Part shown: positions 1-13,004 of the stretch, one piece after another
Position numbering within the stretch: the first letter of the stretch is position 1
Layout of the letters: each line of letters starts with the position of its first letter
NCBI RefSeq assembly: GCF_027921745.1
Contig: NC_079238.1
Coordinates: 4,774,001 to 4,838,000 of the forward strand
DNA length: 64,000 nucleotides
DNA from: Schizosaccharomyces osmophilus
Lineage: Eukaryota
Reading direction: 5' to 3'
Notes under the pieces: model-generated
Databases searched by the model: none
Seen by the model: the letters and a program-made list of their open reading frames with translations, nothing else
What the model was told of the DNA's origin: nothing
Made by a program: the position numbers and the translations under genes

Positions 1-155
1 ATTTTTGGCAAAGCAAGAATACTTTTCTTCGCTTCGTCGAATACCACGGCAAGTTTTACACTCGTATAGCCGGTGCTCCTTTCTTGGAAGAATCGGATTT
101 TGTTTACATAGCGGGTGTCTTAAAAGAGCTTTGTCAAAATTCACCTGAAAACTAA
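1..155 (+). CDS. egt2: 3' end (partial) of hercynylcysteine sulfoxide lyase Egt2, PLP-dependent, ergothioneine biosynthesis
   Basis: Frame from nt 3 reads FWQSKNTFLRFVEYHGKFYTRIAGAPFLEESDFVYIAGVLKELCQNSPEN* (TAA 153-155), resembling the class-V aminotransferase/Egt2 C-terminus. Convergent with tcg1, as recalled for S. pombe SPBC660.12c/.11. Not in the ORF track. Confidence 0.7.
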   Translation, partial: FWQSKNTFLRFVEYHGKFYTRIAGAPFLEESDFVYIAGVLKELCQNSPEN

Positions 156-539
156 TAACTTACGACATAACTTTGCGGCTAATCCACCGCTTATGCTTCT
201 AGCTACGAATACAGAAATACCTCACGATAGATACGACATATGCATAAATACAATTTTTTATTCATAACATGTTTTTTTTATAGTTCAGACAACATCCATA
301 TGCTTTCCAACATACGAACAAATATATAAATTACAAAAAGCCTATGCAATAAATCCTATTCTACAGTTTTTTAGTTCTTACGCAAAGACTTTCTGCAGGA
401 AAATGAACAAACGTTATAAGCGCAAGCGCAGGGTAAAGGAAGAAACATAAGTCGAAGGAACAAAGGGAGCTCTAAAAGAAAGTACAAACGATTACAGAGC
501 ATGACAAATCATAAACTTAGAACATTTACTACAGCCTCC

Positions 540-1854
540 TCAAGCAGAAGCAGTAGCCTTCTCAGCAGAATCGGCTTCAACATTTGCAGCGGAAGCCTCT
601 TGAGTGGCAGAAGCAGCTTGTTCGGATTCAGCCTTCTCACCCTCCTCAGAAACGGCATTATTTTCATCTTCCTTCTCCTCTGTTTCTTTTTGCTTTTCTT
701 CACGAGATATAGCATTCTTAACAACCAAGGTAAGATCACCAATTTGTTTACCGTTCATTTCTTCAATGGCACGAGTTTGTTCTTCAGGAGTGCTGAAGGA
801 AACAAAACCGAAACCACGACCACGGCGTTGTTCACCACGAAGCTTGATGCGGCGGATAATATAAGGAGGGAGAGAACGAACAGCAATACGAGCCCGGATA
901 GGGTTGTAAGCATCGAACATCTCCTTCAAGCCTTCGTTTGTTAAAGTAACCGAAAGGCCAGAAACATAGATAGAGTTAGGGGGAAGAGGCTTAGCCTTCT
1001 TCTTGCCAGCAGCATTTCTAGACTTGTTGTTTTGTTTTTTTTCTGTAGAAAGAGGTTCAGAGGATTCTTGGCTTTCCTCATCTTCCTTTTCAGGAGAAGC
1101 TTCAGAATCTTCAGCGGTAGTGGCGGTTTCATTATTTTCTTTATCGGAAGTATTCTTCTCCTTAAGCTTCACATGGTTAGCCACACAGCTCTTATAATAG
1201 TAAAGTCTGACTTACTTCTTTCTTTGATTTTTTGGGTTGTTTTTGAACAGGGCGAGCTCTCTGAACGGCAATCTCGCGTTCGTTCAAGGTTTTTCCATTT
1301 AAGGTATCAATAGCCTTCTCTACATCTTCCTCGCTGGCGAATGTGACGAAGGCGATACCAGATGGTACTAGGCGAGTTCCACGGCGTACGCGGCGGAAAG
1401 GGATGGTAACTTTGCGACTGAACTTAGTTAGCAATCACCTCCACTAATCAATTTATCAAACAATAGGGCAAACCACTCGAGTAATTGTTGCGATTCAAAC
1501 GAAACCAACTGTTAACGCCATAAAAATGTCCCATTTATTGGCTCTAGAAAATCCATAACAATTTGGTTTCTGTTTTCTATTTTAGCAATTTACTTCAACA
1601 TTCTCCTCATACGAAGAGATACGGTTTAGTCCCTTTTAATTAACATACACAGCTCCGACAGTTTCAAACAAAGAACGGATCTCGCTCTTCTTGGTAGAGG
1701 TATTCAAGCGGCCAACAAAGACACGGAAATCTTGTTCTTGGTTTGTGGTTTCTTTTGGAGATTCAGCGGCAGAAGCAGCAGTGTTTACAGAGTTCTCTAC
1801 TTGCTCTTGAATCACAGTTGGTGTGTTATCAACAACGGTTCCTTCTGCAGACAT
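540..1854 (-). CDS. tcg1: Two-RRM single-stranded telomeric DNA/RNA-binding protein Tcg1 (Sbp1-like); exons 1854-1649, 1417-1216, 1166-540
   Basis: RRM1 VFVGRL...GIAFVTF; RRM2 IYVSGL...RGFGFVSF. Introns 1648-1418 (GTATGT..CTAAC..CAG) and 1215-1167 (GTAAGT..CTAAC..AAG) join three ORF-track fragments in frame. Confidence 0.85.
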
Positions 1855-2087
1855 TATTAATATCGTCTAGAGTGTTTTCTCGTGAATAGTGGTGATATGT
1901 GTTAAGGGTAAGTTTATATATGGGTGAATTACCGCAAGTACGCAACTCCGTAAGGATACAATAATTCGCATGCACCGAAAGGTATAGAAAAAGGATATTT
2001 CAGATACAGGAACTGGAGTAAAAAATTTTATTAACATTTATGACAATTTATTATAAATAGCTTCATGTTTTTTATCTCCCAAAATCC

Positions 2088-4655
2088 TCAAAACATTTCG
2101 GTAGCAAGAACTTGTTTTTGACGCTCAGTAGACATGGGCAGAAAAGTTGAAGACGGGGTTAAGGCGGATTTAGAAGAAGAAGGATTCTGAATCTGAGACA
2201 TTGTAAACCTTGCATTTCCCTTTGCTAAAGCCTTTAAGACCGAGTTGTAATCAAGCATTCGTTCCATGGGCACTTGAGCAGAAACACGCTTGGTTTTGGA
2301 GATAGAATACGACTCGTTTTGTGTCGCACTCTGATTGTCCGTGCGGGAATATGTAGAAGTTTCTCTTGGGACGTATTTCAAATTTTTCATGTTGCTCTCA
2401 GTGTTTTCTTGCGAGACTGGCTCCCCTAACGGATCGAGGGCACTTGATTCATCGACAATTTCATGGATGACAGCACTTCTCTTCCCAACTAAATCTTTAG
2501 TAATAGCCCCTAAATACTCATCTGGAGTTGTGATGGTTATATCCATATAGGGTTCCAATACGGAAAATGCGTTCGGCGATTGAGAATATAGTCTTTCAAG
2601 GGCTTGCCGTGTTGCCTTTGACGCCGTCTGGGATAAAAGTGCTAAAGGAGACAAGGAAGAAGAAGAAGAAGTGGAGGATGAAAAAGAACAAGCCTCAATA
2701 TGGATAGCTGCCTGAACGTTCCAGAGGGGGAATCCATATAGTGGCCCATGAGATAAACCTGCTAAAATACCGTAGTATAAATGCTCGTCAATAGAGGAAG
2801 AATCAAAATATTCCGGGAAACTAACGGAATCATTTTGGGTCCAGCCCCGAAAGACAAACCCCTCTTGAACATGGTTGGCCTTTTTGGAGAAATCAACAGC
2901 TTCTGCGCTTTCATCCAATGGATATAATCGCAAATGTAACGAGATAGCTGAAGGAAAGCCCTCGTCAGCAAAAGTACAAGGTTTTTTAATGGTTTCACGA
3001 TATCCTACTTGAAGCTTTCCTAAAATTACACGAGCACCAAAATCATTAACGAGTCGCTGGTGCGAGATTTGCAGATGCAATCCTCCCATTCCTTCCAAAA
3101 TCCACTGATTGCTTTCACTATTCTGTGTGTATCTAAGGGAAGGGTCTTCACGAACCAAACTAGCAAGTGCTTCCAGTAACTTTGGTTCATCTTTTAGAGA
3201 CTCTGGCTCCAAAACAGCCATGCAGACTGGTTCTGGAATAGGGATATGTAGTTGGGAAATATTCTCCTTCTTCAAATATGGTTGCTCTTTTCCTTTAGTT
3301 TTCGTAGTGATAGCATCACCAGTATGAAATTCTTTTAGACCTCCTACCAATCCTATATTTCCTGCCGAAATTTCATCTACTTCCTCAGTCTGGTCAGCAT
3401 AAACATTATATATCCTTATAGCACGCTCCGTCTTTTTTGTTCTCGGGTTATAGATCATTGTCCCTCGTTTTAATGTTCCTTCTCTCACACGAATGTAGGA
3501 CAAAATTCCCCTAGTCGGTGTATGAATAACTTTGAAGACGAGCGCGTAAAGAGGTATATCTTTTAATGCAGTTTTATTGGAGACATTCGTATTCTTCTCT
3601 TTCAAAAGCTTATCAGCCTCCACAGGATCAGGAAGGTAATCAACTATCGCATCCAAAGCAGGCTGGACGCCAATGTTTTTCAATGAAGATCCACACAGGA
3701 CTGGGACAACATTTCCCATGATACATTGTTCCTGTAAAACAGAGGCCAAACGATCTTCTGAAAATGCATTCACGTTTTCGGTCTGCAAATATTCGTCACA
3801 TAGTGTTTCATCAAGATCACAAAGAGCCATCACCATGGCTTCTCTGGCTTCCTGAAATTCCTCCTTCTTTTCTTCAGGTATGGGAATTTCACGCACATGT
3901 TTTCCATCATGGGACGTTGAGTCTGAACATACATCCCAAAGGATCATTTTCTGTCGAAGTACGTCCATAACGCCTAAAAACTTTTTCTCCTCGAATGATT
4001 CTGAAAATACTGGAAGCTGAAGGACGACTGGATTATGGCATTCCAATTGAGTATATATTGACCGCATTGTCTTTGAAAGACTCGAACCAATATGGTCCAT
4101 TTTGTTAACAAAGATAACTTTTGGGATGCCATATCGGGTTGCTTGACTCCATACAACTTTCGTCTGTGCTTCAACGCCGACACTACCATCCAAAATTGCT
4201 ACGGCACCGTCTAAAGCTGCGACCGATCGTTCTACCTCAAAGGTAAAGTCGGCATGACCAGGTGTATCAATTAAGTTTATAGTATGTCCTCTCCACGGAA
4301 ATGTAATGGCTGCAGAATTAATAGTAATTCCTCTTTCACGTTCTGAAGGTAGATAATCCATGATAGTGTTGCCTGTATCGACATTTCCAAAATGATTAGT
4401 ATAGCCTCCATAGTACAACATTTTCTCGGTCAATGTAGTTTTCCCCTAGACAATATGATTAGTAACTATTGCATTTTTAATCATTGTAGGGCATTTTACC
4501 GCTTTTTGGCAAAGATTCAACCTTCAACTAGTCCATACCGCATCTATGTGTGCAATGATCCCAACATTTCGTATTTTGCGAATTGCATTGTTAGATGATA
4601 ATCGTTTCCATAAAAATATAGAAGGTTTCACGAATTTGCCCAATGGTCGAAGCAT
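2088..4655 (-). CDS. mef2: Mitochondrial elongation factor G2 / ribosome recycling factor 2; exons 4655-4539, 4445-2088
   Basis: Splicing of intron 4538-4446 (GTATGG..TAG) restores IRNVGIIAHIDA|GKTT. Also ERERGITI, LIDTPGHADF, NKMD and a basic presequence-like N-terminus. Confidence 0.92.
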
Positions 4656-5274
4656 GAAGGCGTCAATACTATTATGGTAACGAAAAGGTCATGGTTATAC
4701 AGTGTATGAGGATTCAAGAATATAAAGGAAGAGTAGTGGAGGTATTCATAAATTTACAAATTCTAAACATAGATAACACTAGCATTAAACACAACTTTAT
4801 GATTCGTATCTGGGAGTGATTTTACCTCAGAATAAGATTTCTTTTTCATTCTTGAGTCATTCAACAAAATAGCATCAAACGATAGTTACGCTCTACTTCA
4901 AATGGATAGAAATAATCACAAGTGCAATTTTCTGATTTCTCATTTATTCGTAATTATAGGCTCATTAAGTCATATCATGCATACCAACATAATGCAATAC
5001 TCTTTCGTTAAAAAACTATCAAATTTTATATGAAAACAAGCTCTCAATGCAGAAATCGTTAAGCCCAAAAAGGATATCCAAATTGAGGAAACGTATAGAG
5101 TAGATCAACACAACATCGTTCTTTAGTCACCTTGTCACAAAGATTCCAAAAAATCATCATTTTATAATAAACAGCACTCTTATGAAGCGTCAGGTATTAA
5201 CAAATCAGGATCCTGATCGATTCCAGCACACACTTTTTGTGAAATCGACGATCCCGTATAAGGACTGACCTCAC

Positions 5275-5616
5275 TTAAGATTTGTACCGACTTGCAATTT
5301 TATTGCTATAATCTTGGCTGTTCATGGGTGTTAACCCAAGTCCTGGTTCTTCTGCTTTCGTATGAACTGGAGATGGTGTTTTGTCAACGGAAGAAAATCC
5401 GCAATTACCTCCCTGAAGTGCTCGAATCTGCTTTAAAGTTACTGCTCCTTCAGTCGTAGCTCGATTCATTGATGGACTAAAAGGGCTATTCTTCATGTCG
5501 TAACTCAAAGTTTCTGTTCCCTTCGCAATCTTTGCATCTTCAACCTGCATGATCTTGGGTTTAGCTATAGTGTCACTCCCATCATCTAGATACGATTGTA
5601 AACGATTCTTGTTCAT
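5275..5616 (-). CDS. 113-aa Schizosaccharomyces-specific protein, probable Mug168 ortholog by position
   Basis: ATG-initiated ORF with ordinary composition between atg38 and mef2, the position recalled for SPBC660.09. No domain recognised. Confidence 0.6.
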   Translation of the reverse strand: MNKNRLQSYLDDGSDTIAKPKIMQVEDAKIAKGTETLSYDMKNSPFSPSMNRATTEGAVTLKQIRALQGGNCGFSSVDKTPSPVHTKAEEPGLGLTPMNSQDYSNKIASRYKS

Positions 5617-5736
5617 GTTGGAACTATTTTCCTAAACTTTCTTTAAATACCAAAAACACTTGTAATTGTACAGTGATTAGGAAATAATTGACTTCAATAA
5701 AGTATCACGATGAACTCTTTATAACGAATGTTAAAA

Positions 5737-5767
<31 letters not shown>

Positions 5768-5779
5768 ACATATATATAT
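5737..5779. repeat. Imperfect (AT)n microsatellite
   Basis: atatatatatatatatatgtatatatgtatacatatatatat read directly, about 120 bp upstream of the mug168-like ATG. Confidence 0.85.
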
Positions 5780-6101
5780 CCACAATCTTTATTGCTGTTC
5801 ATCGATCAGTGGAATACGCCACTACCTCTTGTCATTTCCACGTCAAATGGGTACGCCTCTCAAATTGGAGTACTTGGCAAAGATGGACTCTGACCCATTA
5901 GGGATTGAGCATTATTTCCTGCTTTAATGATATCGAATATGAAGGTTTTTTAGTACTCGTCAGATATAACTAGCTGTGATATTAGAGGATTAGGGTTATC
6001 GCATCAGCTCAAATATAGTATAATTCAATGGCAACAGCGAATGCAAGGAACAATAATTAACGGGTCAGTAGGGAATAATTTTGTGCGTTTTTTAAGCAAG
6101 T

Positions 6102-7449
6102 TTAAGGATTTTGTACTTGAAAATGCTCCAGCTGTCGTTGTAGTGTAGCAATTTGAGTCTCCAATTGTTCAATCTTTACCTGTGAATTCATTGTAAGCTG
6201 TGCAGTAGATGATTCTATGGAAGATTCTGGTGACTTCTCTTCTTCTAGCTTCTTTTTCCTTCCAGAAAAAGTTCGAAAGAAAGGCATTAAAAATCGGCTT
6301 CTTTTTCGTTCTGGGCGCTTCGGTCTTTCAGGCTTTGCTTTGTTGCCAGCGCTTGGGGTTGATGAAGCTTCAAGTTCTTTCCGTGCATCGGGGAAAGCTT
6401 CCCGTGGTTCCTCTTTCGAAGTCTGAGTCATATCCTCTTGAGAGTCTAAAATTTCTCCAACACTACTCGTAGTACTGCTATTGACAGTTTCCTCTTTATA
6501 TCGCTCCTTTCCTTTAGATTTTCGATTAGCAAAATCCATTTCCGTTTCCGTTTTCTGTCGAGAGAGTTCTTTTTTTGGCCTAATTGGTTCGTCTGTTTGA
6601 CCTTCAGATTCAGTAGTACTATCATAAGCTGCTGGGTTTTGTATTTTTTCATTTGTCAACTCATGCAAATTGGTAGGAGTAGTAATTTTGGGATGCATCC
6701 CAACTGAATGCGTTGATTCTTTGCTTTCATCTTCATACTCTTCTGTAGGCAACGACTCTTCGTGTTCCGGCTTTTCGATGGTAAAATCATCCCCTTCAAT
6801 AATCGTAAAGCTCTCATCCGAACTGAACATACTAGGGGAAGACTGTTCATCATCCATTGGAACTATGGAATAAGCCACTGCCAATCCATAGCTAGGAGCT
6901 AGTTTATTCACTTGCGACTGAAACTTGGGATATATGGTAAATGGATCATCATCCTTATCATCGTAAGGTTTTTCTTGTATTAATTGTTTTGATTGTAGTG
7001 GACTGTTCTCTGTCGGTAATACTACAGAGTTCGATGTAAAGCGGGTCGTTAGCGCAGATGTATACATAGGCGACAGTCTAGTAGAAACAGACATCGATGC
7101 CATTGCCGATGACGGCGTAGACTGTTTCGTAGGCGCAATTATCTTAAGCTCTTCAATTCGCTTTGTCAACTCTTCAATCTGATAGCTGACGCATATTTTT
7201 GTCAAATGTCGCATCGTCACATCAGAGATCCCTTGATATTCTGATTTAGCTAAGCTATAACATAGAATGGCTTGCGCTAACTCGCCAGAGACTTCTTGAA
7301 TTTCCCCATCTCGGGCATACTCATGTGCCTAACATTGTTAGCTTCCTGCTCAATAGACTCCCTTAATGTTTCAATAGTTTAAGTTGTTTTATATAAACTA
7401 AATAGCTTGATTCAAAATATATTACCTTTTTTAGTGAATATCGAACCAT
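6102..7449 (-). CDS. atg38: Atg38/NRBF2-like subunit of PI3K complex I; exons 7449-7426, 7328-6102
   Basis: Intron 7425-7329 (GTAATA..CTAAC..TAG) gives MVRYSLKK|AHEYARDGEIQE.., an MIT-like helical N-terminus. Acidic AIM-like DESFTII and C-terminal coiled coil (IEQLETQIATLQRQLE). Neighbour of ntp1. Confidence 0.75.
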
Positions 7450-7927
7450 CCCACATGATAGTATATGTGTTTGGATGTGGGAGGATGATGCATTTCAGTG
7501 TTTATAATATCTGCTTTTCTAGGATTTTTAATGTTTGACTTCCAAGACGAAAAGGTAAATAGAAGCTACCGGCAATTTGGATTTAATTATAACAAACTTA
7601 TAAATACAAAATAATCATTTACATACAAATTTATAAAAGATCGTTGAAGTATATAGCATCTATTTGTGACGAAAACGATTTCTACAAGGATTTAATTTGT
7701 TTCAATTTAATATAGAATTAGGGCATAAGTAGAAAAAAAAAAACCGAAACAATAAGTTTTATTAAAAAATCATAATTCATTTTTGATCGGTATGCATCAA
7801 TTTCGTAAAACGGCATCATTAACATAATAGCAAAAGGAATAAAAAAAGTGCACTCACATATAACTTTTATAGAGACATTTCGTCTGAAAAGATTGCTCCA
7901 GAATTTACTAATTCATCCAGAACTGAC

Positions 7928-10114
7928 TTAACTTCCAATCTCTTGTTGTTTTTTATCGCTGAAGAAAATCGCAGGTTCAGTGCATGCACCCAAAGCTCTC
8001 CGCATGTGAGAATTGCAAAAGGTAAGTCCAATTTCATAACTAGCATTAACCCATCCAAATCCTTCTCTTGCAACACCTTGAATATCGAGACCTTGATTGC
8101 CGTATTCTGCTTCAACACGATGGGGATCAACGGCTCTGGTCAAATCGTATTTTTCAACGACGACTCCGTTGAAGTCAACGAAAGACTTCGTGATGGTATA
8201 CAGCCAGCGATATACTACTCTACGCAGTTCATCTTCGTAACCATAACGGAGAAGGCCATACCAGGCTAAAATCTGTTGAGGACTCCAGCCATTCGGATAA
8301 TCCCATTGACGACTAGGATTATGTAAACCTACTTGACCAAGACTTTCCTTGGTACCTGCCACAATACCGCCGGATACTTCAAACTTGGGTAAGCTGACTT
8401 CAATGAATCTAGCCGCTTGTCGAGGGGTAGCCACGCCAGCCCAAAGAGCCCAGAATGCAGTTGCACTCTGATAAGTACCTCGCTTTTCGAATTTTGTGTC
8501 ATAATCGTACCAAATGGATTCGGCTTCTGACCAGTTGTACTTTTCCATAGCAGCTCGACGAGCTCTTGCGCGGCGGTCCCAAATAGCGGAAGTTTCGACA
8601 TTGCCATCTGGCAATACAAGTTTGTCATTGAAGATTTCTAAAACAACACGGGATATATCTGTTTCATACTTATACAAAAGAGAATTCAAGTCAACGGTTG
8701 CCAAATCGGCACACACTTTTTCAAGGCGGTAAGTCGTGTCGTGGCCACTTTCACGTACGGCACGATCGTGTAAGAAGTAATCGTCTAGAAAAGGTTCCTG
8801 AACTTTTTGATAATTGTAAGCTTCGGTAAATTCGTCGAGAGTCATGTTGTATTTCTCCATGTAGGGACGCAACAATTGCTCAAAATGACTAGCTTCGGTT
8901 TCTGGAGGAATTCCAAGACCATCGGGGCGGTATCTAGAAAGACCAGTTTTTGTGTCGTAACGAGGGGAGCTCATCCAAACTGTATAATATTCCTTCATGG
9001 CTGCACAGAGGGCTCTGTATAAAAAGTCTTTGGAACCTTCCTCGTTCTTGATATGTTCATATACACGAATGGCCATATCCGTAAGGAGGGGAGGTTGAGA
9101 ACGTAGCAAGTAGTAAGTCCGATTAGCATTCAAAATCTTACCATAGTATGTAATCTCGAAAATGAAATTTTCAACCATGCCTTTAGCCAAATCAACGCGG
9201 CCGTCAATGAGCAAACCAAGCGCTTCAAAATAAGAGTCCCAGCCATACATTTCATTAAAACGGCCGCCAGGAACGACAAAGGGGACACCACGGAGGTGAG
9301 TTTCTCCTTCATCGTCCTTATACCTTTCCATGGCAAGAGCAAGTAAGCCGGGTTTTTGGTTGGCATCCCGCACCCACTCTTTCGTAATTGCTTCAGGTAA
9401 ATATTCCACTTGCAAGTTCAGATAAGGACGCTCTTTTGCAGCACGACAATAGTATTCGTATTGTTCTTTTTCAGGCTTAGGAACATAAATACGGTTAACA
9501 GAGTGGCCAGAACGATCCTTAGTGTCATGGCAAATGACGTCTAAAGTACTAGCATCAATTCTACGGGTAAGGGCATCCCAAAAGGTTCCTTTAATAAGTC
9601 GAGAAAGACGGCTAACAGGATTTTCATTCAATCTGCGCTCATCAATCATAACATAGCGACGACCAAAGTCCTTCGCAAGAGTCAGTTCCTGAAGCAAGTT
9701 GGACAACTGATACGTACCCCGAAGCTCGTAAAGACGATAGCCACCGGAACTAGCACTACCTAAGGAAACGACTTTTGGGCCAGTATCCTCAATGGTAATT
9801 TGCATATTGCGATCGGTATCCTCGGATTCCAGCAAAGAATGCAGAGTTTTTTCGACGTCTACCAAAAATTTCCGAGGCTCTTTATGTTCGTCCAAACTAC
9901 CGCGGCGGCGAATATTTTTAAGTTCGGGAGTGAGAGACGATCCCGATTCTGCTGAAGTAGAAAGCGTGCGTCCACGGCCTGAACCAAGACGAGTCGAGAT
10001 ATCTGTGTCTTTTGAATAATAACTTTTGGCATTCACGAAGGGGTCACTATCCCGATCATTCTCATTGGGCTTTTCATTGGTGTCAACGTAGTGAGAAGAG
10101 AATTTGGGAGGCAT
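7928..10114 (-). CDS. ntp1: Neutral trehalase (GH37)
   Basis: Ca-binding [52 protein letters not shown]-terminal RRRGS PKA-type site. Confidence 0.97.
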   Translation of the reverse strand: MPPKFSSHYVDTNEKPNENDRDSDPFVNAKSYYSKDTDISTRLGSGRGRTLSTSAESGSSLTPELKNIRRRGSLDEHKEPRKFLVDVEKTLHSLLESEDTDRNMQITIEDTGPKVVSLGSASSGGYRLYELRGTYQLSNLLQELTLAKDFGRRYVMIDERRLNENPVSRLSRLIKGTFWDALTRRIDASTLDVICHDTKDRSGHSVNRIYVPKPEKEQYEYYCRAAKERPYLNLQVEYLPEAITKEWVRDANQKPGLLALAMERYKDDEGETHLRGVPFVVPGGRFNEMYGWDSYFEALGLLIDGRVDLAKGMVENFIFEITYYGKILNANRTYYLLRSQPPLLTDMAIRVYEHIKNEEGSKDFLYRALCAAMKEYYTVWMSSPRYDTKTGLSRYRPDGLGIPPETEASHFEQLLRPYMEKYNMTLDEFTEAYNYQKVQEPFLDDYFLHDRAVRESGHDTTYRLEKVCADLATVDLNSLLYKYETDISRVVLEIFNDKLVLPDGNVETSAIWDRRARARRAAMEKYNWSEAESIWYDYDTKFEKRGTYQSATAFWALWAGVATPRQAARFIEVSLPKFEVSGGIVAGTKESLGQVGLHNPSRQWDYPNGWSPQQILAWYGLLRYGYEDELRRVVYRWLYTITKSFVDFNGVVVEKYDLTRAVDPHRVEAEYGNQGLDIQGVAREGFGWVNASYEIGLTFCNSHMRRALGACTEPAIFFSDKKQQEIGS

Positions 10115-11342
10115 TTTGGGAAAAAAGAAAAGTCAAATGATATAGTTGAGCGTGTCGAAAATAAAAAAAAGGCTAAAGACTTGGAAAAGGAAGCACTCTC
10201 TATAAAAGAGAACGACAACAGGAAAACAAAAAACTGCAATTATGCTTTTACGCTTTACAGACTGGATCAAAAAAAATGCGGGAAATTAAAAGACAAAATT
10301 TAACGCAGGTACACCCAAAAGTTATTTTTCTTTCGATCAAACAAGCGATTAGCCTTACGAACTATTTACTTCATCAAAGGGGGTTCTGCGAAACGGTCAA
10401 TTCCTGTTTTCGAGCAACAAGGAAGATGAGTGCTCTTAGATGATCTAAATACTTTTTTAGGAAATAATGCCTTGCACAATTCTTCAAATGGAGAATTCGA
10501 TGTCAATATATGAGAAAAAGAGAAAGTAGAAAAATAGGTATGGTAATGCGATTGAAAAACCTATTATCTCTTTTCTGTAGAATGAATCTTCTTTAGGGAC
10601 TTGAAAACTGTTCTTCCTTTCAATGTCCTTTGTTTAACTGGGAAATTTGCTAACGACAAATATCTTCCTGTGTCAGTTCTTCTATATTAATATTGACGTA
10701 TCCGATTGTTACTTGATGACGCTTGCCTGTTTCGAGGTAACACAGCAGATGAATACATCGAATTCCATAGGAAAAAATTTCTTTTGGTGGACTCAATTTC
10801 TAATACAAATGCTTCTTTGTTTGTTTGAAAATCCTCTGTTTAGGAATGGCATATACCTCGAATCGCAAGGTCAAACGACACTGAGTAATGTATTCTGGAG
10901 TGTCTCGCGAGAATAAAACCAGGGAAGGCAAGTAGCAGGCGAGTCCGTGCAAGAAGCTCCTTTCGCTTTCAATTTCTTTGTGTTTTCATTTTTGGTTTAT
11001 TTGGAGATTCCATGGCTCTGTGGCCTTTTGTAGACAAAGTCGTCTGTTTGTATTTGTCACTTAAAATAGGTTTGTGTGTGCATGGGCTCTGTCTATACGA
11101 TACGGTTCTGGATTCATGAGCAACCAACTTTAGAGTTTCATTTTCTTTTTTTGTTTGTTGTTGTGTATGTTTTTGGTTCCTTGTAAGGCATCTATCAGGG
11201 GATTGTTAGTCTCACCAAAGGTCCCAGAGAAAGGCAACAACACCGTTAATTGACTGACTTTTGAACCGTTGGAGAGCTTATATTCATCTATATTATGGTC
11301 GAGAAAGCAAAAAGAAAAAATACAAAAAGTAAAAGCAAAATT

Positions 11343-11414
11343 AGGTCGTACTGGGAATCGAACCCAGGTCTCGAGAATCAAAATCTCATGTGCTAGCCAT
11401 TACACCATACAACC
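11343..11414 (-). tRNA. tRNA-Gln(TTG)
   Basis: Reverse complement GGTTGTATGGTGTAATGGCTAGCACATGAGA-TTTTGAT-TCTCGAGACCTGGGTTCGATTCCCAGTACGACCT folds as a cloverleaf; T-run follows after 2 nt. Confidence 0.97.
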
Positions 11415-12656
11415 GACTGTTGATGGACCGGTTTACAAAACACAGTATGACATGTAAACAATTTGCTATTACAATTGTAGTTCATGGAAAGGCTTTTGCT
11501 ACCAGATATGTCTTTTGCTAGCCTTTTCAATTTGCATTCAAGATAAGTTGAATCCTTTTAATGTTAGCCAAAGCAATCTGGAAAGAGAGGCTGCTTGTGT
11601 TATGCAGCGGATTTTAACAAGAGACGGCGGTCCGCTGTTAATTATTGATGGTGTCGCCTTATGAATACAAACAAAAATAAAATTTAAAATAGAAAATAGA
11701 AATAGTACTAAAGTAGGTCAGTCACCTTTTTAGGTCGGATTTCTTCTCGCGTTCTTGTCGACCACACTTGGATAACTTGAGCTTGTTACTCTGCAACTCA
11801 CAAAGGGTTTTATTTACTATGGATGGATGGTTGAGAAAAAAACAAGAGAAATCAAAAAATAAAATCGGAAATACATTTCTTTTTATATTTGTTTAATTTC
11901 TGTGTGTTTGTATTCGACTCGATGGCAAACAACAAAGTTTTGATTGTTTTTACTTAGTAGAGGAATCATTTAACACATTCAAAAATGGCATGCCATTCTT
12001 TCTATTTTTAGCCTAAGTTTAGACGTATATATATTTTCTATTTTTTTTTGTGTAGCCTTTACCACTCCAATGGTCATGAATCCTTTGTACAACCGAGAAA
12101 AGCAAGCAGAATCGGGAATTGCATTATAGATTAAAAAAGGAATTTTGAAGCCAATCTCTAGAAATTAAGAGTACAGCAACACCACGTTTACGTACTTTTG
12201 AGTGGATGGAGATATTTCCTTTTTCACTCCTTCCTTAAGTTTTGAATTCTGTTTTGGCTGATGGATAGGAGCAGGGAAACAGCTCCCACAGAGCAATTCG
12301 CCTACGGTTTTTTACGAAAGATTCAAGCTTTGAGGTTTCAGTCCGCATTTCAGTGCCCTCGATAGTGAAAGGCAGCCAAGGAAGCATCTCCAATCGGGCA
12401 TGCCTTGGAACCCGTGAACAAATACCGATGGAAACTACACAAGCGAGAACGTCCTAGAAAGCAAAATTAGATCACTGCACCATGACACATTCGCAACTGT
12501 CGACTGATCCAAGAGTGCATTCAATCATTGGGTCCTGTGGTATCTACAGAGTACGTGTTTGATATTAAGAAAAATGCATAAAGCCTGATGCAAACAACCA
12601 CAATTAAAGAATACCAAATCTGATCTGTTTTTCATGCTTGGACTAACAGTAAAAAT

Positions 12657-12728
12657 AGGTCGTACTGGGAATCGAACCCAGGTCTCGAGAATCAAAATCT
12701 CATGTGCTAGCCATTACACCATACAACC
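12657..12728 (-). tRNA. tRNA-Gln(TTG), identical to 11343-11414
   Basis: Same 72-nt sequence; T5 terminator 1 nt downstream. Confidence 0.97.
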
Positions 12729-12932
12729 GGTTTGACAATCATTCAACTTATAGATAATTCATCCTGGTACATCGGAAACAGTTGTATCAACAATCAAATT
12801 GCTTTATTTGCTACTCTGTCTTACGGAACCGGTCAGCAAACAGGAGTTATGTACGCGTACAGCTGCTTCTTTCCCAGTCAACTCACCACCGAAAATAACA
12901 AAAAAAGCACTTAGAAAAAGTACGGTTGTCGA

Positions 12933-13004
12933 AGGTCGTACTGGGAATCGAACCCAGGTCTCGAGAATCAGAATCTCATGTGCTAGCCACTACACCATAC
13001 AACC
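12933..13004 (-). tRNA. tRNA-Gln(CTG)
   Basis: As the TTG gene but anticodon loop TTCTGAT and G15; 13-nt trailer TCGACAACCGTAC, then T5. Confidence 0.97.

Noticed and set aside
501..1313. Plus-strand ORFs antisense to tcg1 (likewise those antisense to bms1, gle1, atb2, brx1, rrb1 and others)
   Set aside because: Shadow ORFs of low-complexity or codon-biased genes; S/F/L-rich with no domains.
1418..1648. 231-nt first intron of tcg1 as a snoRNA host
   Set aside because: No C/D or H/ACA box arrangement or strong stem found by eye.
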